From Azolla caroliniana (lineage: Eukaryota; Plantae; Polypodiophyta), in NCBI GenBank assembly GCA_043228905.1, contig JBHGNT010000017.1, positions 18,662,001-18,726,000 of the forward strand: a DNA stretch of 64,000 nucleotides. The letters are read 5' to 3'. Below, in pieces: positions 52,460 through 64,000 of this stretch. Made by a program: the position numbers and the translations under genes. The first letter of the stretch is position 1. Each line of letters starts with the position of its first letter. Below the pieces are notes generated by a model. It searched no databases, was not told the origin of the DNA, and worked only from the letters and a program-made list of their open reading frames with translations.

Positions 52460-55211
52460 TTAATCTTCCTCCAAATTGATCCAGATGTTTGGTTCTGCTC
52501 CGGTGTCTGGATTTGGGGACGACGTAGTGTTCGTAGGCGTGTCAGTGCGTGGTTCCACTACCTGCTCGTGAGGGCTGCCTATGGTGTCGCTGGTTTCTTG
52601 TGTGGGCGGTCCGAGCTCTGTTGCCTCATCGTGTGCTATGGTGGCCGGTTCCGCCGTTGGCGGGCTCGCGGTAGGTTGGGGTTCTGTCTCGTCCGTAACC
52701 TCCTCCGTGTTGTGGGCCGTAGTCGTGCGCTCTGGTGAGTGAGGTTGGGGTTCCTCTTGATCGATAGTTTCACTTTCTGGTATCGTGGGGGGCTCCGCTT
52801 CCCGTTTTGTGCTGTGCACCGTAATGGTTCTTTCTGGTGACATGGGTTGAGGTTCCTCTGGTTCGGCAGTATCCGGAATTGGTATCGCGATGGATTCCTC
52901 GTTTGTTCGAGTGCTATGAGCTTGTGTAATTTGGTGAAACAGGTCCTCTTGACTTTCACCAAAATCGTCTAGTAGCTGCGTGAGTTCCTCGGAGTGTTGG
53001 TTCGCTAGCGCATGATAATCCTGCACTAGGTCCTTGCGTACTGCCGCAATGCTTTCCTCATTGAGCTTGTAGAACCCACGACCGTCTTTCCTTCGGTTCT
53101 CCCAGTCCGCCCGGTATGTATGCAACTCTGCTGCTTTTGCGGCCCATGCCATCCAACCTTTATCGAGCGCTGCTTTTAATTGCGCCGTAAACCTCTCCCG
53201 ATGTGTTTGAAGAAGTATGCGCACATTGTCGGTTATTGTTTGGCAACGGTTGCGTGCTTCTTCTACGGTCTTCCTGAGGTTGTCAATTTCTCGTTTGTTA
53301 ACCGCCACCGCTTCCTCATAAGTGCTCTTCATTCTTGCCCATAGCTGAGATTCCTTCGAATGTTCAGATGGATTTCGAGCTGATGCCTTCTCTCCTGTTC
53401 TCCTACAAGCTGCTCGTCGAACCATGCTTTCTTCTTCTCTAATAAGGCCCGGAGTCCCGCGATCGCCGCTTCCGATTTTTTCGCTTCTTCCCATAATTGG
53501 GCGTTTTCTTCTTTTATCCGTGTGTGTTGTGTTGCCTCCATTGCGAGTTTCTCTTCAAGGGTCTTCACTGCCTTTCGGCCGTTGGCCCAGATATCCTTTT
53601 CTCTGTCCGAGGACTGGCGAAGTTCGGCGCGGAGACGGTCAATCTCTGATTCCGCCAGTTGTAAGGCCCGTTTCGCTTTCGAGGCAATGTCGGTCTGGGC
53701 TTCCATTTCTTCCCTTAGGGCTTCAACGGTGTTGGTTGTTGGTGGAGCTGCCTACTGCGCCGTAGTCGCGTTACTTTCCAACTTCGTGATGCGTTCACTG
53801 GTCTTTTGTAGCTCGGCTTTTGTAAGTTTAACCGTTTTCCAAACATTTTTATTTTTAATCACCATATCCTTGGCACCCATACTGACCTTCGCCAGTTCCC
53901 TATGCACTTTGACAAGGGCCGCGTTTAAAGGGGGTAATTCCATCCCCATTCGGCGTATACCGGCATTCCTTTGTTTGCCGACTCTGGCTAACTGATCCTC
54001 ATCGTCGCTTTCTGCCATTTGTGTTAGCGCGTGCTCGATCATTTAGCACTCCTCGTGCTCCTCGGCCATTCGTTGTGAGACTTTTATTTGTTGCGTTGCC
54101 AAAAATTCCATGAGTTCAAAAGTGGTTCTGAACTGTAATAGCGCGCCGAACTCATGGGCCGAGTCCGGAATGTTCGGATACGCCGTCAATACGTCTTTCC
54201 CCTGCTGTGATTAAGCCGTAATGATCGGCCGTGGTTCCCGGATTATTTCGAAGGTGGTGTTGGGCTCCGTAGCTACGGAACTGTTGACCATGGTCATCGT
54301 CTCCGTGGCCGCGAGGGTGTCTTTAACTAACCCACGCCCATCCTTCTTGTCCAGCGTCCGCCGTTTCAGCCGTGGGCTTCCTTGACGTGTCTCGGCTTCC
54401 GGTTCCCGCGCAACTTCCTCACCGTGCTCCGCCTGCTCTTCCTGTGTTGGCTGCGTGTCGGGCTGGGGTTCATCCACCCACTCTATGGTGGCCAACTTCG
54501 CTAACCTTCGCTTTGCAGATCGTGGCGGCGGCGTGGGTTTGCTGGCCTGTGGTGCCGGTAGACCTTGGGGTAGGAACAATATCGTCATATACTGTTGTAT
54601 CAATTGGGGCCTTCCCGTAACGCCAGTCCCGTAATGATGCCCCAATCGACTGTGCGCCCTTCAAAAGTATCAACAATGATATCTGCCTTCTACTTGGGCA
54701 TCCCATATGTGTTTATATGTACTCATCCCACTTCTAACAGGAACTTGGCTATTTCGTAGAAAAAGGGGTCGGGGATTTACTTCATTCTATATGGCTTGGC
54801 GGGCGCCGAATAAGGCTCGAAAGATCTCTGCAAGGTTTCCGCGGGAGGGATTTCGAAATGCCTTTCACCCAGAGTGTTGGTGACCGTGTCGATGTTGAGA
54901 TTCCTAGCGATGTCTATGGCGTTAGGGTGTGGAGGTGCCTCAACGACTCTGATGTACCCATCCAAACGTTTCTCCACGAGCCATCGACGCAAGGCGGTAG
55001 AGATGGGTATCGGCATAGTGGGGTTAGGCCCATGGCTAATGGGTGAGGACTGTTGGCTATGGCGAGCTTGAGCTCTGTGATAGGACGGAGAAGAGGGTGA
55101 GGAAGGGGAGCGATGAGAGCGATGAGAGTTAGAAGGTTGGTTTCTGTATTGTGCAGAAAACCTTCTATTTCCTTCTTTTTGTGGCCTAAGGTTCATTGGT
55201 CGGTGAGCCAT
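52460..55211 (-). pseudogene. Extra (env-position) ORF of the non-chromovirus Gypsy; coiled-coil protein, disrupted
   Basis: Chain of minus-strand ORFs 55211-54777, 54645-54211, 54042-53752, 53706-53329 and 53494-52460 between the pol stop and the LTR. Heptad-like E/K/R/A/L-rich middle and P/E/T-rich tail. Confidence 0.75.
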
Positions 55212-57224
55212 CGTGGTGCCGCGTGTTCTTGGCCTAGAAGTCTGTGCATGCCTTAAGTTCTTTTAATAGCATCACTATCTTCTCTCTCTTTTTTTCGTAA
55301 CGGTTACATACAATACTATTTTTACACTATAGTACAAGTGGGGCCGTCTACTTACTCCGCGGATTCGCCAGCTTTGTCTTGTCTGGCGGGGAACGGGTTA
55401 GGTAGCGTAGGCCCCAGATAAGGTTTCAGGCAAAACCCATTCACTTTTTGACGTAACACTTCCCCGACCAATGTGCCAAGTTGAAACGTGCCCTGTTCTG
55501 CTCCCACTATCCAGTACGGGCCTGTCCAGCGGAATCTTAATTTTCCTGGCATATGCCCCATGCGTGTTTGGAAAACTAATATTGTTTTCCCAACCGTAAA
55601 GTCTTTTTCACGCGTATGCTGGTGTCGGTCCACGAATGCTTTGCGCCGCCATTGTTCCTACTCTAATATGGCCATACTGCGTAACCTTGTTTCTCCTAGT
55701 TCTAGTAGTTGCTGTAGCCGTGCTTGAATCCGCAAACTGGGTACCTGGAATTCGACTGGCACCACGGCCTCCAAACCAAATGTTAGCCTGAAAGGCGTTG
55801 ATTGTATGCTAGTCTTATAACTGGTACGGTATGCCCAGAGCGCGCTGTGCAATTTGGTATCCCAATCCGTTCTGTTCTCATTGACTATCTTTTTGAGGAT
55901 AGTTTGTAGGGTTTTGTTCGTGGATTCCGCCAATCCATTTGCTTGAGGGTAGTACGACGCACTTTTTTTGTGAACCACAGCGTAATGTTGGGTCAGTTCG
56001 CTGATGACCGTATTGAGGAAGTGACTCCCTTGGTCACTAATGAGCTCGATACGGCAGCCGAAACGACACCAGATGTGTTCGTAAAGGAATTTCGTCGCGA
56101 CTGTCGCGGTATTCTCGTGTAGTGGTTTCGCTTCTACCCACTTGGTATAGTAATCCGTGGCCACCAGGATGTACTTATTGCCTGTTCGAGCGGCCGCCGG
56201 GGTAAAAGGTCCCACAAAATCTAGCCCCCACTTTTGGAAAGGATCCAATGGCAACACTGGTTGTTGTGGCATCCTCCTGACTTCCGTAGGCTGGCCCAAT
56301 CGTTGACATAAATCGCACTGTCTGCAATATTCATACACATCCTTTTGCGTTGTCGGCAACCAAAGTCCCGCTTGCCAGATTTTCCGGGTCGTAACATCGC
56401 TCGCGTAATGTCCTCCTGCCGTACCACAATGGGCTTCGCGTAGAACCGCGGCCTTCTCATCCTGCCGTATTCCGCACCTCCAAATGCCGTCACTGCCTTT
56501 GTGGTGTAGTATGTCTTCTACTAAACAGAAATGTCGACTCCGTACAGCCAACCGTTTTTTCTCATCCGTTTGTAATTGGGGTGGCGGTAACCTTGTGGTC
56601 AGGAAGTAGGTCATTTCCATCAGCCACTGATCTGGAAAATTCTTTCCGTTTGTTCTGCTAGTGTTGCTACCTGCAGAATGTCCGCATCCGGAAAGTCGTC
56701 GTCCGCCTTCTGCGTCGTTTCTCCATTATCTAGTCTGCTCAAGAAATCTGCCACTATGTGTTGCGTACCCAGGAGGTGTTGAATTACAAAGTTGAATTCT
56801 TGAAGCAATAGGATCCATCAAGCCAATTTCCCCGTCAACGCTTGTTTCCCTACCAAATATAGCAGTGCCGAACATAGTTCTAGCCATACGTCTCAAACGT
56901 GTCATACTCATACGTGAATATTCGTATCATACTCATACGTGAAATGGTTCCAAGTATGATTGGAATCCATTCGTCTATATTTATATTTATATTTATTTTT
57001 ATTACTCTAAATTTTTTTAAAAAAATATGAAAAATAGAAAATAATCAAGATTTTTATAGACAAAAATCAAGACCTTAAATTCATTGAAAACTAACAAAAT
57101 AGCATCCAAAGTTCTAAACATGAACCAAAATTTATCCAAAGTTCAAAACTTCAAACATGAACATTAACCTAGAAAGTAGCTCTAACCTCTAAATTTATAG
57201 TACTAATTGTTAATCCACGCCTCT

Positions 57225-59285
57225 CTACTCTTGAGGTGCATTGTCAAAGTTAACATCTTGCCCATCATCATCATCTTCGTCAAAATCCTCATTAACCATA
57301 GTTGCATGTTGACTTTGCAATACCAAAAGCCTATCATCATCTTCTTCTTTATTAATCATATCCAAAGTCACTTCTATACGGCATGAATCTCTTTCTTTGA
57401 CTTTCTTTAATAGACGATGGTTTGTATGCAAGTATACTAGCTTCTCTATATGATCATGACTCAACCTATTTCTCCTCTTAGTGTGTATCAATGAAAAGGT
57501 ACTCCAATTTCTCTCACATGGAGATGCACAAGTACCTTGAGAAAGCACTCGTATTGCAAGTTTACTTAAATTTGGGGTTTCTCCTCCAAATAATTCCCAC
57601 CACTTAACACCATCTTTCATTCTAGTAGGATCATTTGAAGGTGGAAGTTGAAAAATACCCTTCTCTTTAGTTTTATAAGCATGATACTCATCTAATAAAT
57701 TACCTTGCATCTTAATGTCACCATTTGCATATCGCATAATGGTGTCTATCCAACTAGCATTCACCACATTATCAAAAACTTGAAAATTTTCCCACCAAAT
57801 TGGATGTAAGAGGTATCCAATTGCATGTAATGGTGAATGTAACATTTTGCATCTATCCATGCATAATCCTCTAATTTCATCAAGCAACATGTTATTGATT
57901 CCTTGCATTTTATTTATTTCTTCTATCATTCTTCGTGTACATTCATATATCAACCCCATTGTTGCACCTTCTCTATCCGCCAATCGCAACACTTTTAAAA
58001 TTGGTGAGCATATTTCCACTATCATCTTTACATTTGACCAAAAGGAAGCATTCAATATTATCGAAACTACTTCTTCTGCATGTTGAGTTTTAGATCCCTT
58101 CCATTGGCACCATTCTTCACTAACTACCATTCTTCTTAAACCACTATACACTCTATCATCCAACAAATTTGATAGCACAATGAAACTATAAGCAAACCTT
58201 GTAGTAGAAGGCTTCAACAATTCCTTTTTACTAAACTTGCGAAACATTGCAAGCACATATAGCTTTCTTGTGATGAATGTAGTAACCTTCATACCTAATC
58301 TCAAAGCATCATTAACCCAAGCACATTTTCCTATATCCTCAAACAACAAATCAAGGCAATGACATGTGCATCGAGTAAAAAATATCATGGGCCACTCTTT
58401 CTCTATCATATGTCCGGCTGCCACACAATTTGATGCATTATCCATGCATACTTGCACAACATTTGTTGGGCCAATTTCAAGAATGGTAGCTTTTAGAATA
58501 TTAAAGATATACTCCCCCGTTTTACATTCTCCACTTGTATCCACCGACCTCAAAAACACTGAACCAAACATTGATGAAGCTAGAACATTAATTATTGGTC
58601 TACTTCTAGTATCTGACCAACCATCACTCACTATAGTGCATCCATATATTTTCCATTTCTCTTTGATGCATGAAAGTTTATCTTCAACAACTTTTACTTC
58701 TTCATCTAAGTGCCTCTTTCCCAATTGGAAAGAACTTGGTGGTTTATATGACGGACCAGCCTTTGCAATTGCTTGAACCATATCATGAAAAAAGGTACTA
58801 TCAACCTTAAGATGTGGAATATCCTCTACAAAAAAGAATCTTCTCACTGATTCATCGGCATTCTTATTCAAACTTTTTTGCCAAGAGATTTGTAAGGATC
58901 CACTAGTATTCTCCATTGTCCTCTTCTTACATGATGAAGATGACATGTCAACTACAGATGCACAAGTAGGTGGCACAACATTGGCATTAGATGTACTTAC
59001 ATCGACATTATTCTCACTTTCTGCAATAGAATTTTCATTAGCATTAGTACTTTCATGAGCATCCACATCCAATATCAATTTCTTTATCTCATCTTTTATT
59101 GCTCCAGTGACTTTGCGGCATTTATCCACACCTTGTCCTTTTAGCCCCAAAAGATGGGCTTTGATTCGGTGTGGACCACCAGCAAACACGTGCTTGCAAT
59201 GTTTGCATTCATTTATATGCATTCCTTTATCGTTTCTCTTCACGACGATAACGTGGTCCCATAAAAAGCTCTTTGCTTTGCCCAT
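57225..59285 (-). CDS. hAT transposase (BED finger, DUF659 core, dimerisation domain), 686 aa, uninterrupted
   Basis: W.H...CKHC...RIKAHL..C (BED), SDGWSD, MDNASN, CTCHCLDL, TRF, WW..FG..P.L..LAIRVLS...SPCERNWS. Confidence 0.93.
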   Translation of the reverse strand: MGKAKSFLWDHVIVVKRNDKGMHINECKHCKHVFAGGPHRIKAHLLGLKGQGVDKCRKVTGAIKDEIKKLILDVDAHESTNANENSIAESENNVDVSTSNANVVPPTCASVVDMSSSSCKKRTMENTSGSLQISWQKSLNKNADESVRRFFFVEDIPHLKVDSTFFHDMVQAIAKAGPSYKPPSSFQLGKRHLDEEVKVVEDKLSCIKEKWKIYGCTIVSDGWSDTRSRPIINVLASSMFGSVFLRSVDTSGECKTGEYIFNILKATILEIGPTNVVQVCMDNASNCVAAGHMIEKEWPMIFFTRCTCHCLDLLFEDIGKCAWVNDALRLGMKVTTFITRKLYVLAMFRKFSKKELLKPSTTRFAYSFIVLSNLLDDRVYSGLRRMVVSEEWCQWKGSKTQHAEEVVSIILNASFWSNVKMIVEICSPILKVLRLADREGATMGLIYECTRRMIEEINKMQGINNMLLDEIRGLCMDRCKMLHSPLHAIGYLLHPIWWENFQVFDNVVNASWIDTIMRYANGDIKMQGNLLDEYHAYKTKEKGIFQLPPSNDPTRMKDGVKWWELFGGETPNLSKLAIRVLSQGTCASPCERNWSTFSLIHTKRRNRLSHDHIEKLVYLHTNHRLLKKVKERDSCRIEVTLDMINKEEDDDRLLVLQSQHATMVNEDFDEDDDDGQDVNFDNAPQE

Positions 59286-59894
59286 ACTACAATCACATTG
59301 ATTTATAAATCAACAATTTAGTAAGTGAGTTAATAAATCTACAATCACATTGATATGAATATATAAAAAAAAACATTAGAAAACTACAATTACATTGATT
59401 TAATAAAACTATAATCCTTTTGAAGTGCTTTTCCTTCTCAAAGTTTAGAATGATTCTCTCACCTTAGAATGCAAATATTAAAACATTTGAACAAGGTGAA
59501 ATTTGTTTGGTATGATAATTGCAAACATGTCCTTCCAAGGAGATTTGCAAACAAATTGTCCATAGTACATACACAAAAACATCTTTTGCCAAAGCTTAAG
59601 GCGAAGCGGAAGATGTACACATCAAAGTATGCATGCCTTATTATTTGATCTTTCTTTGAAATAAAGATGACATGATTTTTTAAAAGCAATGAAGATAGCT
59701 TTGAAAATTGAGACAATGGAAACTTCATTCCCTCATGGTTTGTAAAATTTAGTGAGCCATCTTGCACATTTTAAGAGAATATATACACACTTGTAAATTT
59801 AAAACAACTTGATCAAACAATATATACACATCTTTGCATTTTTTTGTTTTTCACCTCAGTCCACGACTCCACTTAGATTGTGTAAAATGAAGAA

Positions 59895-60136
59895 GAAATT
59901 GCACAGCATATTGCTCAGTTTCGGAGAAATTGCAAAGCATATTGCACAATTTCGGAGAAATTGCACTTAGATTGTGTAAAATGAAGAAGAAATTGCACAA
60001 CATATTGCTCAATTTCGGAGAAATTGCACAGCATATTGCTCAATTTCGGAGAAATTGCACAGCATAGTGCTCAATTTCGGAGAAATTGCACAGCATATTG
60101 CTCAATTTCGGAGAAATTGCACAGCATATTGCACAG
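59895..60136. repeat. 31-bp tandem repeat inside the hAT leader
   Basis: AAATTGCACAGCATATTGCTCAATTTCGGAG, about 6-7 copies (e.g. at 60021, 60052, 60083). Confidence 0.92.
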
Positions 60137-61860
60137 GACTCATGATGAGATGAAAAGACAAAAACATGTGCATTCATTAGCTAAGGACTTCCTTTAATGA
60201 AGTAGACATCTAAAGAAAACCACTCTAGAGTCTAAAATTACAAGTTACATATAGTTTTCCACATTATAAAGGCTAATGCATGATCACCGAATGCATTAGC
60301 CTCCATATGGGCATATAGGGCTTTTACGTTTTTTGGAATTATAATTGTGATTAACCCTATAAATCAGAAGTAAAGCTTTGTGTGGTTGATTGAAGACTTT
60401 TCTTAATTAGGTTTAATGTTGAGTGCAGTGCCTAATATACAGAGAATGCACATACAAATTTACAATTCAAGAACACAAAGAGACAATTGAAAAGACAGAT
60501 TTTATTATCAATATGGCATGACCGTGCAATTACAATTTACAACAGACAATTAATACAATGAAAGCGCCCATGCAAGCAAATACATATTACAATTTACAAT
60601 TTACGTGACAGCATATTGCTCAGTAAGTGCAGAGTCCAGACGAATGGGAAGGTGGGAGTACATAGTACATACCTGTGGGCCGTGGCTGCTGCTGCGCTGC
60701 TGAGAGAAATCTCTCTCTGTGTGCCTCTGCTTCTAAGTTCTAGCTCTCAGACTCAGACTCTCAGAAAATCAGACTCAGACTCAGTCTCGACTCTCGACTC
60801 TCGACTGTTCACTGTTCACTCTCGACTCACTGCTCAGTCTCGACTCTCGACTGTTCACTCTCGACTCTCGTTAACGCTGCACGCATCAGAAAAAAACCCC
60901 CAAAAAAAACCCCCAAAAAAAACACCCAAAAAAAAACCCCAAAAAAAATTTAAAAAAAACCAAAAAATTTTAAAAAAAATGGCAAACGAATATCGCGTAT
61001 CATACGCGTACGTTTGCAAACGTTCGCGTACGTCCAATAAATTGGACGTACGCGAATATTAGGAACTATGGTGCCGAATGATCCACGTGAAACGTGAATT
61101 TCCGCCCTAGCAGATAATGCCGGAACTTATTGATGTTGTATATCATACCCAACGCCTCACGTTCCGTTGTGGAATAGTTTCGCTCGGTCGTTGATAATTT
61201 CCGACTAGCGTAGTACACTGGCTGGTACCAATTCGGCTCTGTGAGCTGCATTAGCGCACTACCTATTGCTATGTCCAAGGCATCTACGAACATGTGGAAT
61301 GGCTTCGCCCAAATTGGTGGCTGTACGATGGGTGCCTGCGTTAGCATTACCTTTTGCGCATCATATGCCTTCTATTCCGTTGTTGTCCATTTGAAAGGAG
61401 TCCGATGAACGACGACATGTAACGGCGTGGCGAAGTCCGCCAAATAGCGTATCATCCGACTATGCCATCGTATTTTTCCCAAAAACCGGTTGAGTGCTTT
61501 CACGTTTGTTGGTGTTTTCACGTGAGTAATCGTGGAGATTTTATTTGGATCGACCGTTATCCCTTCCTTACTGACTATGTGGCCAAGGAGAGCCCTGCTA
61601 GTAACACCGAAGGCGCATTTGGCGGGATTCAGGCTTAAGCGTGTGGTCCGGCAACGCTCCAGGCAAAGCTGCAGATGCGTAAAATGGTCGGTTGTCGTCC
61701 CATATACCGCAAAATTGTCTAAAAAAACTTGCATGAAGGCCGGAACATATTCCCAAAAAATCTCCGTGATTGTCTGTTGAAATGTAGCCGGCGCCGTCTT
61801 TAGCCTGAACATCATGACGACTGCGACATAGACTCCCCAGTCCGTTGTCGTGAAGATTTT

Positions 61861-63272
61861 CGTCCATAGGCGGAAACTAGGGTGGAAAGGGCAAGTCAGT
61901 GGTGTGCAACATGTGCACACGTATACTAGGAAATGGTGTATAGAAATAAGAGGGGAAATTTTATCCCACATTGTAAGGTCCCTCCCTCCTTGTGCTATAA
62001 AAGGAAGGGAGGGGTCACTTATGAAGGGTTGCCTATTTTGCGTATGAAAGGTATACCACTTACTGTAGAGTTCTTACCGTTTTAGGGTCAGGGTTTCGTT
62101 TAGGGTTTCCTTGTTCATCCCCGGTTAGGGTTTTCTCATAGTTTTGGTGCGGTCCATGCGGCCACCATTGGTGTAATCATTCGTTCGTTTTAATATATCT
62201 TGTTGTGGATCTTGCTTCCATCTATTTTGGTCTATGCTTATGTGCTACTCTTCATCTTCTCATCTAGTGTTATGCTTCCATTTCTCGTCTCATTCTTCTT
62301 CCTCTACTCCCTAGTTCGAGACCCCCGTGGTCCCGCCCCTTTCTACATGCACGCGCGTGACAACGCGGCATCTTTGGTGAATCCGACGTGAAGGGCGGCA
62401 AGGGAGCATGGAGATGGAAGAAGACTTCGACTTCGAGGAGATGATGGCAAAGATCGTGATGGAAGCCAGACGGAAGATGGCGAAGCGAGATGTGGCTCAA
62501 CAAGCCATTGAAAGGCTGGTCGATCGAGTCGGCCGGTTCCAAAAATGAGGTCCCAAAAATTTTGGGAGTCTACAAGGCCGAGATGGCGAAAGGGGGCGTG
62601 GACAAGGCGATGCGGCTAGAGTATTTTCCTCGAGTGGCGGCCGTATCGGTGCACAAGGAGGTTAAGGAGCTACGAGAAGCTCATGAGTCGTGGGTGTCCT
62701 TTGAGAAAGCCCTACTGGAGGCGTACGGGTACACGGAACCGGAAGGGAGAGGTTGACATGAGTTTGATCGGTGGGTGGCGTCGGCGAGGCGTCATCGGGG
62801 CGCGATGGAGGCATTCTGAGAGTTCGAGCGTCGTTTCTCTCAACTCTCGGAGCGAGATCGGAGATCAGTGGGGGCGGACAAAGTCCTTTTTTTTTTTAAG
62901 ACGATCCATCAAGAGGAGAGGACGAACATCTTATTCGAGCTTCAAGATGATTATGGAGCACATGGTCTCACCGAGGAGTGGTCCAAGGTGGAATGGGTGT
63001 GCCGGCAACATGATGCGAGGCGGTCGGCCACAACACGGCCCGTGAGTGGCAGAGAAGAGAGAGCGGCGAGTGAATACGTACTACCGCCGGAAGAGAGCTC
63101 AACGCAAAATGGTTTGGAGGAGCTCGACCTAGAAGCGCTAATACGGGAGGCATGCGAGCTTGTGAAGGCGAAAATCGAAGCCGAAGAAGGGCTTATTATG
63201 GAGTCGGGCCGGAGGCGATCGGAGGATGCGGAGGAAGAAGCCTCCCTAAACGTAGAAGATGGGGCCTATACG
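61861..63272 (+). mobile_element. 5' end of an LTR element with tRNA-Trp PBS and decayed gag
   Basis: Interrupts the Gypsy RT at ~61861. TATA CTATAAAAG at ~61995, LTR end ~62370, PBS TGGTGAATCCGACGTGAA at 62375-62392, gag-like frames 62410-63272. Left boundary approximate. Confidence 0.75.
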
Positions 63273-64000
63273 TGTTAGAAATTGACGCTTTCCAAACCTT
63301 CCCCTCTCGGCCACAACCGAGGAAACACGAATCAATGCAGCAGTAAATCGAAAACACAGAGAGAGACTCGAATGCACAGGGTTTAGCGTGGAAAACCCTA
63401 GACGGGAAAAACCACAGGAGTGCAAGACTCCAACTATCACTATACGCAGGGAATGTACAATGGCGAGCTGCAAGGCGACGACCTTGAGCTCGCTGTCCTC
63501 GCCACAGGCGGCGGTATTACACAGAGGCGTCGACCTCTTCCTTTCTCTCTCTCTCACTCTCTCTCTCGGCTGCTCTCACTACGCTCCCTCTAAGTGGAAA
63601 ACAGAAAAATGAGCAACAACTACAAAACTGTTTGCCCTAAGTCATATTTATACACATATGACTTTCGGGCTATTTACAAATATAGCCTCGAGGGCCCTTG
63701 GCAAACATATTCACAAATATTTCCCCGCATCCGGATCTCTCTCCGGGTACATTCGTCATCCGGCTCCGTAGCCGGGGTCTTCATCATCCGGATCCGAAAC
63801 CGGGTCTTCATCATCCGGTTCCGATACTGGGTACTCCTCATTCGGGTCTTCATTCCCGATTCCCGGACATCTGACCATCCCATCCGGAGGGACCGTAATC
63901 CCAACAAACTCCCCCTTCACTTCGGCATGGGATGTCTTTCCAGTCCGACCCTCTTCCGGCACGCTTCCAGCTTGTCGGGTGTGAGCACTTTGGTCAGCAT
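63273..64000 (-). mobile_element. 3' LTR (63273-63906), PPT and RNase H end of another Copia B-family element; runs off the right edge
   Basis: 63907-64000 matches 13271-13364 by eye. LTR U3 and R are close to Copia B; U5 is diverged. Confidence 0.92.

Larger units (their letters stand above)
56873..61070 (-). mobile_element. hAT DNA transposon, apparently autonomous
   Basis: TIR CATAGTTC...GAACTATG, perfect 8-bp TSD GTGCCGAA (56865-56872 / 61071-61078), inserted in the Gypsy RNase H. Confidence 0.95.
51942..61860 (-). mobile_element. 3' part of a non-chromovirus (Athila/Tat-like) Ty3/Gypsy element: LTR 51942-52412, extra ORF, integrase, RNase H, part of RT
   Basis: LTR TGTTACCG...CGGTGGACAACA with minus-strand TATATAAAG at ~52295. 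Integrase H...H..C..C, WGLDF, SDQG, GLAE, GPY at 56620-55352. RNase H NYSTTERE..DH and RT at 61860-61071, interrupted by the hAT. The 5' part is not in the window. Confidence 0.85.

Noticed and set aside
59895-60136. 31-bp repeats as a CRISPR array
   Set aside because: Contiguous tandem units with no spacers, inside a hAT element.

Overview
Eukaryotic land-plant nuclear DNA (possibly a fern or other seed-free plant; this is a guess) with three intron-containing host genes in a dense nest of transposable elements. The genes are: the 5' eight exons of a pTAC14-like plastid SET-domain gene (- strand, runs off the left edge), a two-exon O-fucosyltransferase (29229-32761, +) and a four-exon class III peroxidase (37668-40463, +). 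Between the first two, which are divergent, lie a LINE fragment, a ~164-bp tandem array split by a Copia element that itself carries a younger near-intact Copia, a decayed Ulp1-protease plus MULE transposase region, a solo LTR and a hAT MITE. From 41.4 kb onward is a multi-level nest: an orphan LTR, a chromovirus Gypsy, a third Copia, a non-chromovirus Gypsy with an extra ORF, an intact hAT transposon, a tRNA-Trp-primed LTR element and another Copia. The most unusual signal is at 52413-52459. Where the non-chromovirus Gypsy should have its polypurine tract, it carries a copy of the 3' end of tRNA-Arg (T-arm, acceptor strand, CCA) 2 nt from the LTR, i.e. a PBS in mirror geometry, suggesting non-canonical plus-strand priming. 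All calls were made by eye, and homology assignments are from recalled motifs, not database searches.
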